From positions 89,900,001 to 89,964,000 of the forward strand of contig NC_067399.1 in the NCBI RefSeq assembly GCF_016432865.1: a stretch of DNA of 64,000 nucleotides, given 5' to 3'. This document shows positions 50,800-63,439 of this stretch, piece by piece. The notes under the pieces are model-generated. The model did no database searches. It worked only from the letters and a program-made list of their open reading frames with translations, and was not told where the DNA came from. The position numbers and the translations under genes were made by a program. Within the stretch, counting starts at the first letter, position 1, and the number at the start of each line of letters is the position of its first letter. Source of the DNA: Antechinus flavipes (Eukaryota).

Positions 50800-52595
50800 A
50801 TGGATGTTTGAAGCAATGTTTCTTATGGATATTTATAATATATATTTTTTTCTTTTCAGAGCTTGACCATTTAACCACTGGGGAATGATTTTTGATCTTA
50901 TACATAAGCTTTTTGAGATCATTGTGATATGGATATAAGATGCTGTGCTAAAACTAATTTTTCCAAGTTGCTTCCAATTTTCTAATAGTCTTTATCATAA
51001 CTCTTCCCCAAGTAATTCAGGTGTTTTAATTTATCAAAGTGTGAATGAATTCCATTTTTCCTAACTCTTTCATATCTAATCTATTTCCCAAATCTACTTT
51101 TTTGTTTTTAAACTAGTACCAAATAGTTTTGATTAATAATAGTATTTTATCATATAATATGAGTTCTAGGAATGTTATTCCTTCTTCATTTCTCCTTTTC
51201 TATTATTATCATCCTAGAAATTCTAGGATTTTCATTCCTACAAATGAATTTTGTTATAATTTTTATTGGATCATAAGTTTAGAAATGAAAGGAATAATAG
51301 ATGTTATCAAGCACAGCTCTCTCATTTTACAGATGAGGAAACTGAGATCTAGAAATATTAAATAATTTATTTTAAGCCACATGTTAAATGTCTGAAATGT
51401 AAATTAACATTTCAGAAGACTTCCTACCTATGTGATATCCATATTAACATGAAGCCTTTTATCTATTTTTATGAAGTATATTGGCATAGTTTTAGAGCTG
51501 TCAATTAGTTTAGGTAATGCTCTCATTTGTTAAATCTACTGGTGTGATTAGATTCAATCATGAGCATTGACTATACTCTCTGTTATTTAAGTGCTCTTTA
51601 TTTAAAGAATCTTTTGCAACACAATCTATATAAAATTTGAATATTCCTTGAAAGATTGACTTTAAAATATTTTCTGCATTGTAGTTATTTTGAATAAGAT
51701 TTCCCTTTCTGTTTTTTATCTTGATTTTGTTATTGCTATGCAAAAATACTGTTGATTTTGTGTGCTTTTTTGTATCTTGCTACTTTACTGAAGCTATTAT
51801 TATCTCAATTAGCTTGTTTACTAGTTTTCTGGAACTCTTTTAAGTAAATCTTCACAACATCAGCAAGCAGAAGTAGCTTTGTCTCCTTTTTGTGTATGTT
51901 TATGGCTCTCATTTTTTCCCTCTTAATCGCTTATTGTGCTTAACATTTCTAGAACTATGTCAAATAATAGTGAGGAAAAAGGGCATCCTTGCTTTACTCA
52001 TATTTATTGGAAAAGTTTCTAGTATTTCTCTATTACAAATAATGATAGGTTTTGGTTTTAGAGAAATACTTTTTAACCTTTTAAATAATGGCTTTTCTAT
52101 GTCTATACTTTTAGATTTTTTTTTTAGCATTAATGAAAGTTCTGATTTATCAAAGGCTTTTTTTCTGTATCTATTGATAAAATCTTTATGTGGCTTAAGG
52201 GTATATTTAATTTTAATTTTATTAGCTATGCTAATTGTTTTCCTAATGTTGAGCCATTCTTGAATCTTGGTATAAATCCAACTTGATAATAATGAATAAT
52301 TTCCTGAATATATTGCTATCGTCTCTTTGTTAGGATTTTACTTAATATTCTCATTAAAAATTCATTAGTGATCTTGGTCTCTATTTCCTTTCTTTAATGC
52401 ATCCTTCTGTGATTTATTTATAGGATTGCATTTGTCTTATAAAAGGAATTTGAAAGTGTTTTTCTCAATTTTTTGAGAGTAACTTGCATAAATATTAATT
52501 GCTCTTTAAACATTTGATAGAATTTATCTAGAAATCTATCTGTACCGTTTTTTCCCCTCTTGGGCAGTTTTTTTACATCCCATGAATTTAATCTT
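50800..52595 (-). mobile_element. L1 ORF2 fragment (RT region), decayed
   Basis: Reverse strand gives remnants of FYQxFKEQL and ILSKILTKR.QQYI...QVGFIP..Q.W.NIRK. Confidence 0.8.
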
Positions 52596-52599
52596 TTTT

Positions 52600-54930
52600 A
52601 GAATCCTTTTCTAAAAATACAAATGCCATGGACCAAGCAAAAACTTAGAAAGAAAACAATAGACCAATTCTTCTAATGAATATTTGTAATGGGCTGAGGC
52701 TTGAGTTGATGTACTGAGGTCCCAAGCACGTGAGGCTAAATAGTAATTGGACCATACTCTATTAATATATATGCTTGGAGAAAGAATGGCCCCCGCCCAC
52801 TCTTTGTGCAAGTCCTAATGTGTTGTATAGGAAATGACGATTTTGGTGGGTGGAGGCAGGGGAGGGAAAAGGGAAGCCGAAAGAGAGGCTGCTGGCTGGT
52901 GTCTTGTCACAGCTGCTCACATTGCTATCGTGACCCCCCCTTTACTTGCAATCCCCCTTCACCTCTGCTGGCTGGCTTCCTGTTGCAGCTGCCCATATTG
53001 CTATCGCAATCCTCCTTCCCCTCAAAAAGAATAAAAATTGAAGATTTTTCCCCTAACCTGAATTCCTGACTCCAGCTGATTTTAAATACGTAGTCATCAC
53101 AAATATTAAAGCTAAAATTTTAAATAAAATACTAACAAGGAGGTTATAGCAATATAGCAAAAATCATACAATATGATCAGGTTGGATTTATACCTGAAAT
53201 GCAGAACTGGTTTAATATTAGGAAAATTATCAGTATAACTGACCATATCAATAACAAAAGAAATCACACATTTATATCAATAGATTCAGGGAAAGCTTGT
53301 AACAAACTACAACACTCATTCCTATTAAACACACCAGAAAGCATAAGAAAAAAAAATTGAACTTTTTCTTAAAATAATTAGTAGTTTATCTCAAACCAAG
53401 AGCAAACATTATTTGTAATGGGAATACAATAAGATCAGAATGAAGCAAAGATTCCACAATCACCATTATTCAGTATTGTACTAGAAATGCTAGCTATAGC
53501 AATAAGACAAGAAAAAGAAATTGAAAAAAATAAGCATAGGTAACAAGGAGACCAAAGTAAGTATTTTTTTTTGTGTGCTTTCTGGTATGTTTAAAAGGAA
53601 TGAGTGTTGTAGTTTGTTACAAGCTTTTCCTGAATCTATTGATATAAATATGTGATGTTTTTTTGTTATTGATATGGTCAGTTATACTGATAGTTTTCTT
53701 AATATTAAACTAGTCATACCATATACCCAGAGAAGCTCGAAATGGGCCTCTGGTTTAGATATAAAGAATGATGTTATAAGCAAATTGGGGGATGCCCAAT
53801 GAGCATGGGAAAAATTACTTCCCAGCCTATGAATAAAAGAAGAGTGTATGACTAAATAAGAGGAGAGGATTATGGGAAGTAAAATAGATAATATTTTGTT
53901 ATATAAAATTAAAAAGTTTTGCAGAGACAAATACAATGCAGCCAAAAAAGGAAAATGGGATGGGAGGAATCTTGAAGCAAATTTCTCTGATAAAGATCTC
54001 ATTTCTCAAATATATATATGGAACTGAGCCAAATTAACCTTTAAAAAAGAGCATTCTCCAATTGATAAATGGTCAAAGGCATATGAACAGATCATTTTCA
54101 GAAGAAGAAATCAAAGCTATTAAGTGTTAAAAAATCATCTAAATCACTAATTACATAAATGCAAATGAAAACAACTTTGAGGTATTACCTCACATTCATC
54201 AACTTGAAATGTTAGAAAAGGAAAAGACAAATACTGTAGGGGATATAGGAAAACAGGTACATCAATGCATTGTTGATAGCATTGTGAACTAATCCTAATA
54301 TTCTGGAAAACAATTTGGAAAGGACTATAAAATTGTGCATACCTTTTGACTCAGCAATACTGGTCCTAATCCCCAAAGAGATCAAAGGAAAAGGAAAAGG
54401 ACACAAAGATATTTATACCAGATCTTTTTTGGTGGCAAAGAACTGAAAAATGGCCGAACAGATTATGGTATATGATTGTGATGGGATACTACTGTGTTAC
54501 AAGAAATGATGAAGAAATGTTTTTTTTTTTAACTGAGAAGAAGTTTATGAACTGATGCAAAGTGAAGTGAGCTGAATCAGGAGAAAGAACACTGTAAACA
54601 GTAACAGCAATATTGTAACAATTATCAATTGTGAAAGACTTGCATTGATGAATACAATGATCCACAAAAATTCTAAAGGATTTATGATGAAAAAAATATT
54701 TTCCTTTCTAAAGAGATAATTGATGGATTCTGAGTGGAGATGGAAACATTTTTGCCAGTTCTTATTTGCCTTGCTTCTTCCCCTCTCCCCACAACATGGC
54801 TAATGTGGCAGTATTGTGCATAATTTCATATGTAAAATGGGTGTCATATTTCTTACTTTCTCAGTGATTGAGAAAGAAGTTTGAGGGAGAGAATTTGGAA
54901 TTGAAAACAAAAATAACAAAATACAAATTC
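52600..54930 (+). mobile_element. 5'-truncated L1 (ORF2 RT to 3' UTR), interrupted by an LTR and rearranged
   Basis: KENNRPILLMNI[LTR]KAKILNKILTRRL*QY...YDQVGFIPEMQNWFNIRK matches the start of L1 ORF2 RT; later ORF2 C-terminal and 3' UTR sequence. Confidence 0.85.
52685..53101 (+). mobile_element. ERV solo LTR, 417 bp, with 6-bp TSD
   Basis: TG...CA termini; identical AATATT flanks at 52679-52684 and 53102-53107; AATAAA at 53030; GC-box cccccgcccac; internal repeat cagctgc.ca.attgctatcg twice; CpGs retained. Confidence 0.9.
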
Positions 54931-55729
54931 CTCTAAGATGGGTAACAAGAGTCATTTCCTAATAGAGTTATAATAAAAAGATATAAACTATTTTCAAAAG
55001 AAGAAATGAATCCTAGTATTCTCTGAAATTCTTAACCAGAGGAGAATAATCATTCTCCTCTCCAGAATGATTGGATCATTTCACAACTTTACCAATAATG
55101 TACTAGTGTCCCAGTTTTCCCACATCCCCTCCAATATTTATCATAATACAAGTTGTTTCCAATTGATAAATTGTCAATGAATATGAACAGGTAGGTTTCA
55201 GAAAAAGAAATAATTGCTCTCCAGAATGATTGGATCATTTCACAACTTCACCAATAATGTATTAGTGTCCCAGTTTTCCCATATTCCCTCCAACATTTAT
55301 CATTATACAAGTCTTTTCCAATTGATAAATTGTCAATGAATATGAACAGATAGGTTTCAGAAAAAGAAATAAAAAATAAACATAATCAGGTACAAAACAA
55401 ATGTTCTGAATCACTATTAATTAGAGGAATGCAAATTAAAATAACTGAGGCAGTACCTCATACCTATCAGATTGGTTAATATGACAGAAAAAGAAAATAA
55501 ATGTTGGAGCTGTGGGAAAACTGGGCCAGTAATGCACTGTTGGTAGAATTGTGAACTGATTCAATTATTCTGGAGAATGATTTGGAATTATGCCCAAAGG
55601 GTTATAAAACCCTTTGATTTTATAATACATATATTTATGTATTATAATATATATATATATTATATAAGTAATATAAGAAAGGCAATTCTAAACATCTCTT
55701 TATTATTGCCAACAATCTTCTATTACATC

Positions 55730-56320
55730 TAAATTTGGAGTCATGAAGACCTGAGTTTTAATTCTGGTTTAGACATTTGGTAGTCATATGTGACCCTGGG
55801 CAAGTCACTTTAGTCAAACTCAATTTCCTCATCTGTAAAATGGCCATGGTAAAAGTATCTACCTTAAGGTATTGTTGTAAGGCTCAAATGAGATACTGTA
55901 AATAAAATGCTTTGCCAACCTTAAAGCACTCTATAAATATTAATTGTTATATCACCATCATTCTATTTTAAATCCTTATCTTAAATTTCTCCCTTTTTTA
56001 CTCTATTCTCCATACTCCTACTAAAGTGATTTCCTAACATGTCGGTATGACCATATCATCCCCACAACCATCACTACTTAATAAACAACAGTGAGTTCTC
56101 TCAGTTCTAGAATCAAATATAAACTGTCATTTAAAAGTGTTAACAACCTGACCCCTTCCTATTTTTCCAGTTTTCTCACACATTCTTCCCTATATACACT
56201 CTGCTTGCTGTTTTACTATATAATATTTCTTCTCCTATTGATATAAATGTTTTCCATAAACAGAATATACTTCCTTCTAAATAAACTCTCTGACTTTCTA
56301 TAAGACTTAGCTCAAATATC
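55730..56320 (+). mobile_element. MIR followed by an L2 fragment
   Basis: gtgaccctgggcaagtcacttt...tttcctcatctgtaaaatgg, then L2 ctactaaagtgatttcctaa...gaatcaaatataaactg. Confidence 0.75.
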
Positions 56321-56329
56321 ACTTTCTTT

Positions 56330-57540
56330 TTTCTTTTTTAAAATAATATTTTATTTTCCCCCATTATATGTAAAAACAATTTTTAACATCATTAAAAAAG
56401 TTTTGAGTTGCAATTTTTATTCCTTTTTCCTTCCCCTCATTTCTCTCTGAGATGATAAGCAATCAGATATAGATTATATTTGGGCAATCATGTAAAGCAT
56501 TTTCTTATTAATCATTTTGTGGAAGACTTGAAAAGGAAGGAAGGGGGATGGAGAGAAAAGAAAGAAAAAGAGAAGGTGAGAGAGGGAGGAAGGAAGGAAG
56601 GAAAGAAAGGAAGGAGAGAGGAAGAAAACAAGAAAAAAGAAGGAAAGAAGGAAGGGAAGAATTATGGTGGATGGAGAGATTAAGAAAGAAAAAGAGAAGG
56701 GGAGGGAAGAAGAAGAAAGGAAAGAAGGAAGGAAAGAGGGATGAAGAGTAGGAGGAAGGGAAAGAGGGAGGGAGGAATAAAGGAAAAAAATTAATATGCT
56801 TCAGTTTATATTTAGACTTTATCAGTTGTTTTACTGGAGGTGAATAGCATTTTTCAACATGAGTCCTTTGAAATTATCTTGAGTCATTGCTAGGAATAGC
56901 TAAGTCACTCACAGTTGGTCATCATATAATATTGCTGTTACTGTGTGCAATGTTTTGGTTTAGCTCACTTCACTCTGCATCAGTTCATGTAAATCTTTCC
57001 AGGTTTTTCTGAAATCATCTTGTTCATCATTTCTTATAACACAATAATATTTCATTACAATCATATACCACAAGTTGTTCAATCATTTCCCAATTGATGG
57101 GCATCTCCTCGATTTCTAATTCTTTGCCACCACAAAAAGAGCTGATATGAATAGTTTTGTACTAATGGGTTATTTTCCCTTTTTAAAAAACATCTTTGGA
57201 ATACAGACCTAGTAGTGGGTTTTTTTGGATCAAAGAGTATGTATAGTTTTATAATCCTTTGGGCATAATTCCAAATCATTCTCCAGAATAATTGAATCAA
57301 TTCACAATTCTATCAACAGTGCATTAGTGGCCCAGTTTTCCCACAGCTCCAACATTTATTTTCTTTTTCTGTCATATTAACCAATCTGATAGGTATGAGG
57401 TATTGCCTCAGTTATTTTAATTTGCATTCCTCTAATTAATAGTGATTTAGAACATTTGTTTTGTGCCTGATTATGTTTATTTTTTATTTCTTTTTCTGAA
57501 ACCTATCTGTTCATATTCATTGACAATTTATCAATTGGAA
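56330..57540 (-). mobile_element. 5'-truncated L1 with an embedded GA-rich simple repeat (56528-56790)
   Basis: Reverse 3' end tattttattttccccc...; ttcccaattgatgggcatctcctcgatttctaattctttgccaccacaaaaagagctg. Confidence 0.85.
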
Positions 57541-57544
57541 AAGA

Positions 57545-58590
57545 ATTGTATAATGATAAATGTTGGAGGGGATATGGGAAAAGTGGGACATTAATACATT
57601 ATTGGTGAAGTTGTGAAATGATCCAATCATTCTGGAGAGCAATTTGGAACTATGCACAAAGAGCTATAAATTGTGCATACTGTGATCCAGCAATGTCTCT
57701 ACTGGGTCTGTATCCTAAAGAGATCATAAAAAAGGGAAAAGGGTGCACATGTGCAAAAATGCTTGTGACAGCTCTTTTTGTAGTGGCTAGGGAAACTGAG
57801 TGAATGCTCATCAGTTGGAGAGTGGCTGAATAAGGTATGGTATATGAATGTTATGGAATATTATTATTCTATAAGAAACAATCAGCAGAATGGTTTCAGA
57901 AAGGGCTAGAGAAACTTACATGAACTGATGCTAAGTGAAGTGAATAGAACCAAGAAAACATTGTCTATAACAATAACAATTATATGATGATCAACTGTAA
58001 TGGACTTGGCTCTTTTTAACAATGAGGTGATTCAGGTTAATTACAATAATCTTGTGATGGAGAGAACCATCTGCATCCAGAAATAAATATTTATAGCAGT
58101 GTGGTGTAGAACCCAAAGACCTGGATTCAGGTCCTGGTTGGACAAATATTGATTGTGTAATCTTAGGTAAATCACTTTAAACTTTCAGTAATTATATTCT
58201 CTATGATTATAAGTTTTAGAAGTGTCAGTCTGCATTGGAAGAGGGAACTTCGAGGTGATTCAGGCCAGTTCCAATGATCTTGTGATGGAGAGAGCCATTT
58301 GCACCCAAAGAGAGGACTGTGGGGACTGAATGTGGATCACAATATAGATTTTCACTTTTTTGTTGCTGTTTTCTTTCTCATTTTTTCCTTTTTGATCTGA
58401 TTTTTCTTGTGCAGCATGATAAATTGTGGAAATGTGTATAGAAGAATTGCACATGTTTAACATATTACTTGCTGTCTAGGAGAGGAGATGTGGGGAGGGA
58501 GGGAGGAAAAAAAATTGGAACACAGGGTTTTACAAGAGTGAATGTTGAAAAATATCTATGCATATGGTTTGAAAATAAAAAGCTTTTAAA
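57545..58590 (+). mobile_element. 5'-truncated L1 to its A-rich 3' end, interrupted by a CORE-SINE at ~58090-58250
   Basis: gataaatgttggagggga...gatccagcaatgtctctactgggtctgtatcctaaagagatc...aataaaaagcttttaaaaaaaaa. Confidence 0.85.
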
Positions 58591-58599
58591 AAAAAAGGA

Positions 58600-59140
58600 A
58601 GAGGGAGCTTCCTCATCCAGGTATTCTCTATACCACAAATTCAACCTCTTATTTAGAGGAGCACTTTTTATAGTAGAAAAAGATTGAAGGAAAGATGTTG
58701 CCCATTATTTGTGGAATAGCTGAACAATTGTGGTATATAAACATAATGGAATATTATGGTACCATAATAATTGACAAATATGAAATTTAGGAAGATTTGT
58801 ATGGACTGAAGTAAAGAAGGAAACAGAATGAAGAGTATAATGTGCATACTGCTCATAATGAGAAAAAAGTAAAACAACATTGAAAGACTTCAGAATTATG
58901 ATTACAGTGACCGGTAATGTAAAATATGTTTCCCACCTCTTAACTGAGAGATGATAGATTTAGGTATGAAACAGACCATACCTTTTTATTTGTTTGGGTT
59001 TTTTGGCCAGAATAGAATTTTTAACTTCTTTGATTTTTCTCGAAAATAAGAATATTGGTCATCTGAAAAAAAATTATAGCAAGTACCTTTGATAAAGATC
59101 TCATTTCTCAAATATATAGAGAACTGAATTGAATTTATAA
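58600..59140 (+). mobile_element. Old L1 fragments
   Basis: tttagaggagcactttttatagtag...aacaattgtggtatataaa...; gataaagatctcatttctcaaatatatagagaactg. Confidence 0.65.
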
Positions 59141-61969
59141 ATAAATTTTTTAAAAATGCTCCAAAGTGACCCCCTGGAAAAAATTAATCTGTACCTGAAA
59201 AGGATTAAAACTCTACAGAGATTGTTTCAAATTAATAATTATCTTAATTTCACTGGTTTCTATTGCAATCTGTATATTTTATTTTATGCAAATTAAAAAA
59301 TGCTATTCTGAGAAAGGCATGACAGGCATCACCTTCCCCAAAAGGGAGGGACATACAAAAATGTTAAGACTCCCTGGATTAGATGATTCTAGGATCCCTT
59401 TCAACTGTACCATTTCTGGGGAACTCTGTGAAAGTTCCTCCTTACTAGCAAATCTCAAATACTTAAAGATAATTGTGCAACATTTTGTGGATGTTCTTCT
59501 AGAATTGACAATTATTGAAACCTTTTTGGTTCCTGCTCAGGTCTATTAAACACATTTTAGGGGCTCTTCTCATGCTATTGGTCAACCAGATCAAAGATGG
59601 AATATTTGATGGAGATGGTTTCTGGCCTTCTCTGATCCTTAGCACCATGTGTGTGACATAGTGATGAGAACCAAGGGGTGAGTAGCTAGCTGCTTCTGGC
59701 TCTTAGGTCCTCCCCAGACCTCTGAGGATAAGGAAACTTTGGAAGCAGGGAGAGCATTGTCCTTGCCATGCTTATCAAATGCTGGGGGCTCCAATTGGGC
59801 TTTACCCGAAGGAGCCAAGAAAGGAAATGAGAATCTTTTTTTTCATTTGATGTTTACTCACTTAGTTATCCTCCTAAGTACTGAATTATAACACCCCCTG
59901 CTGCTTTTCTAACTCACCTAATTTAATCTTGCCAGGATGCAATTACTTATGCATCTGCTGATTTTGGGATTTTTAAAACATTAGCTTTTCAGACTTAGAA
60001 GCAGCTGTGCTGATGAAAAGCCACCAAGTTGAGGAGGAAAGAAGGCAGAGACTGCTATCCAAGGGCGTTGTAAAGAGAATAATTGAGAATTGGAGCCATT
60101 GAGAGAGGTAAATTAAGGCGTGGTCTGAGAGAAAGAAAAAAAAATAGCTCAAAGGCATTTTTAGAAATTTCAGGACCCTTTAAACCATCCTGGAAGACAG
60201 GAGGAATAGAGCTATTACATGATTCATTTTAAATTCAAGTGTAGTTGTGCAGATGCTGACTTTTGAGCATGGGTGCCCCTTATATAGAATCTGATTTTCT
60301 TTTTGGTGAAATGGGGAGAAAAATCTTTGCTATCCCTTCCGCCTGGGAATGGATGAATGAGAGCAAGGATGGGAAAAGCACTGTGATTATTCAAGTACAC
60401 ATCCATGAAATTCAAAATACACGAAAAGGTAGGGGGTGGTATGGTGGGGAGAAGGAGGCCCTCTTTGCTTTAGAGTTGTTTATCTTAATTGGCAGTTAAC
60501 AGCAAAGTGAACCCTTTCTGAAATGTTTGCTTGGGAACCAGCATTTATGTTGATACCACTCTAGTTTGGGCTGCTTTTTGGAAGCTTTGTCTCCCATCTG
60601 GGATCTAAAATGGAATTTCCTTCACAATTCTGTGACATCATTAAGTCTACTACTTACTTCCTGACTCGGTGTAGAATGAGACATGATTCTTGAGTATGGT
60701 CAATGAGGGAATTTGTTTTTGCTTGGCTGCATGTTTTTAATATTGGCTTTATTTCTTTTTTCTCTTTTTTCCAGAAAAAGTGGGTGGGAAGGGGAGTAAA
60801 AAAAAATTGTTGCTAACTGAAAACAAACTTAAATTAAAAAGCCTTAGACATCCCAACTTATACTTCTTGCCGATCATGATCTTCCCTTAAGAGAGATTCT
60901 TAAATTGGAGCAATACACCCAAAGTAGAGACAGTTTGTTTGGGTTATGTTTTAGGAACTCAGTGCCTTTGGTTTCATCTCAAAATTCAGTAATTTTCAAA
61001 AGTATAGGGCTGTGGCTGAAACATATCATAAAAAACTCTGAAACTCAGTATCACCTGGATAGACTTCAGTGATGTAGAGAAGCTGTAGACTTTGATTTCC
61101 TACTGGAGCTTTTCTCATGCTCCAATGTGTGACTGAAAAAAAATTTAATTATTTAACTAGCCGGAGTTAACTAGAAGAGGGGCTCGGATTATTTCATCTT
61201 GAGGTCATGATCAATTATCAGATTATATAAAAAGATTGACATGTCAGGTTCCCCTGCAGCCATCCAGTAAGACACAAGGTGTTAAGAGTGATGAAGAGGG
61301 GGTTGGGCCAAGAGGTAAGGGCTCTGCTGGCCTCAAACCAATCAATATATTAGGGGAACAAGCAAAGGGATAGGATTAAAAAAAACTCTGGAAAACTTTT
61401 GTGAAATGATACAAAACAAAGAAAGAGAAGCTCAATGATTTATACTGCAATAATGATAATAAAATCAAAATGGAGAGAAAACAAAATTCAGTTGAAATGC
61501 CACAACTGATGTTGGTATCTATAGTGCTACCAAAGAATACATTTCTCCTTCTCAACAATTGACCCATTAACCATTTAGGAACATGGAGAAAGAACTGTGC
61601 TTTGTAGGAAGTTGGTTTGATTGTTTATTGTGTTCAAACAAAGTCTATCAATTTAAAAAATTTTAATATATTAACATTGTCTTGAGTTCAGTCCATGGTT
61701 CTAATGGGGAAGCAGCAACAGAAAATTTAGGAAAGCTCATTATGGCTTTCCACATTATGAGCCTCAGAAATTTAGGAACATACTAAAACATACTTTTAAA
61801 AAACCCTTAATTTTCCTTAATGGTCTCAAAAGAAACCAGGCAATATAACTAAGTAAAATTTTGTGGTGTTCATAATTTCTTTTCCTTTCTTTTGGGATTT
61901 TTGTCCTAGGGGGTTATAGATAACTCAGGTTAGTGGAAATATGCATAGTGAGCAGTAAGAAAAGAAAGA

Positions 61970-62215
61970 AGCAATCATTAAAGACCTACTATATGCTAAA
62001 CACTTTGCAAATACCATCTCACTTTATCTTCATAATCATCCTGTGGGTTACAAGCTGTTATTATTCTCATTATACAATTGACTAAACTGAGGCAGAAAAA
62101 GGTTATAGCTTGCCCAGAATCACATAGTTATTAAATATCTGAGGATGGATTTGAACTCAGGTCTTCTGACTCCAAACCCAGTTTTCTATCCATTGCACCA
62201 ACCAGCTGCCATTAG
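61970..62215 (-). mobile_element. MIR-type SINE
   Basis: acctactatatgctaaacactttg...aaactgaggcag...ggatttgaactcaggtcttctgactcc. Confidence 0.8.
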
Positions 62216-63439
62216 GTACAAGTAACCAATGATGGCTTGTTTTAATGAAATGAGGAAAAAGCTTTGATTCCAGAAATGTATACTTGTTAAAGGAGGTGGA
62301 TCAGTCATGTAATATGTGAGAAATAAAAGCCGGACATCCCAAATACTTCAGGGATAATCTTCAAACATTAGGAAAACTAGCAAAAGGTTTCAATATGTTT
62401 AGTAGGTAGGTCCTCTTAGGGGACTTATGGAAAAACAGGGACAAGCGTCATTCAGGATGAGAGATTGTAACTAGAATAAATGTGTTATTCTTTTATCTAT
62501 GTTATTGTATTGCTATTCTATTATCAATACATTTATTGCTAAATTTGTGGATCAATCAAAATAAGGTGGGGATGTATTATTATTTCTTTTAGTGGTTGTC
62601 AGTTATATGCTTTCCCTGGTGAGAGTAGAAAGAAATGGTGGTAGTATTGAGATAATCTGTAGAGTTTGCCAGGCTCATGATTTGAGGCATACCTTCAAAG
62701 GTACTTTTTCAAGTAGCTCTAGTAGTTAAAAATAAAATGGATATCACAGAATCCTGTTGTGGATGAAATGGAAAGACAAGAAGAACCCGGCTGTGGAATC
62801 ATGTACCATTCTCTAGTTCAAGTTCCCATTTCCAGTTCCCCCCTTACATTGGGCCTCTCCTCCCCATTCTTGCTTTCTGCTTTTTGTCTCAATGTGATGA
62901 TGGCCAGAGGGGAGCCACTGGCTGGCTCCCTTGTATAATCTGATAATTGGTTATAATTCATGTATGAGACATTTAAAGATCTCCCTCCCCACTAACTAAT
63001 CATTTCTCCAAGTCCAAATTTTTGACTTGACTTCTGCTTGTGGGCATCTGAAGGCATTCTCAGTCTAAGTCTCTATATTTTGAAAAGTACTTATTTAAAA
63101 GGCTTTTTTTTCATTTAGCATAGATGTATCTAATTTAATCCAATGAAAAGAGCTACATCAATATGTCAGAGATCTGTAAATTCAGAATTCCCACCACCAA
63201 TTAAAATAAAAAATTTCAACCTGTCTATAATTTAGCAGATATTCAGAGAATGAAATGACTTAATGGTCACTATGCTGAGAAGTATTAGAGCAAAATTTGA
63301 ACTCAATTCTTCCTGACTTCATGTTTAACACTCTTCACCAAGGATGACTGCTGATTCAATACAATGACAAATGAATTATGTGTAATTTAACTTTGATAAT
63401 CCTTGCATAAAAAATCTAATCTAGTTCTAAATCAATGTA

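Noticed and set aside
56480-56751. K/E/R-rich ORFs
   Set aside because: GA-rich simple repeat inside an L1 3' region.
60011-60128. Possible C/D-box snoRNA (TGATGA...CTGA)
   Set aside because: C box lacks the preceding purine, there is no terminal stem and no recognisable guide sequence.
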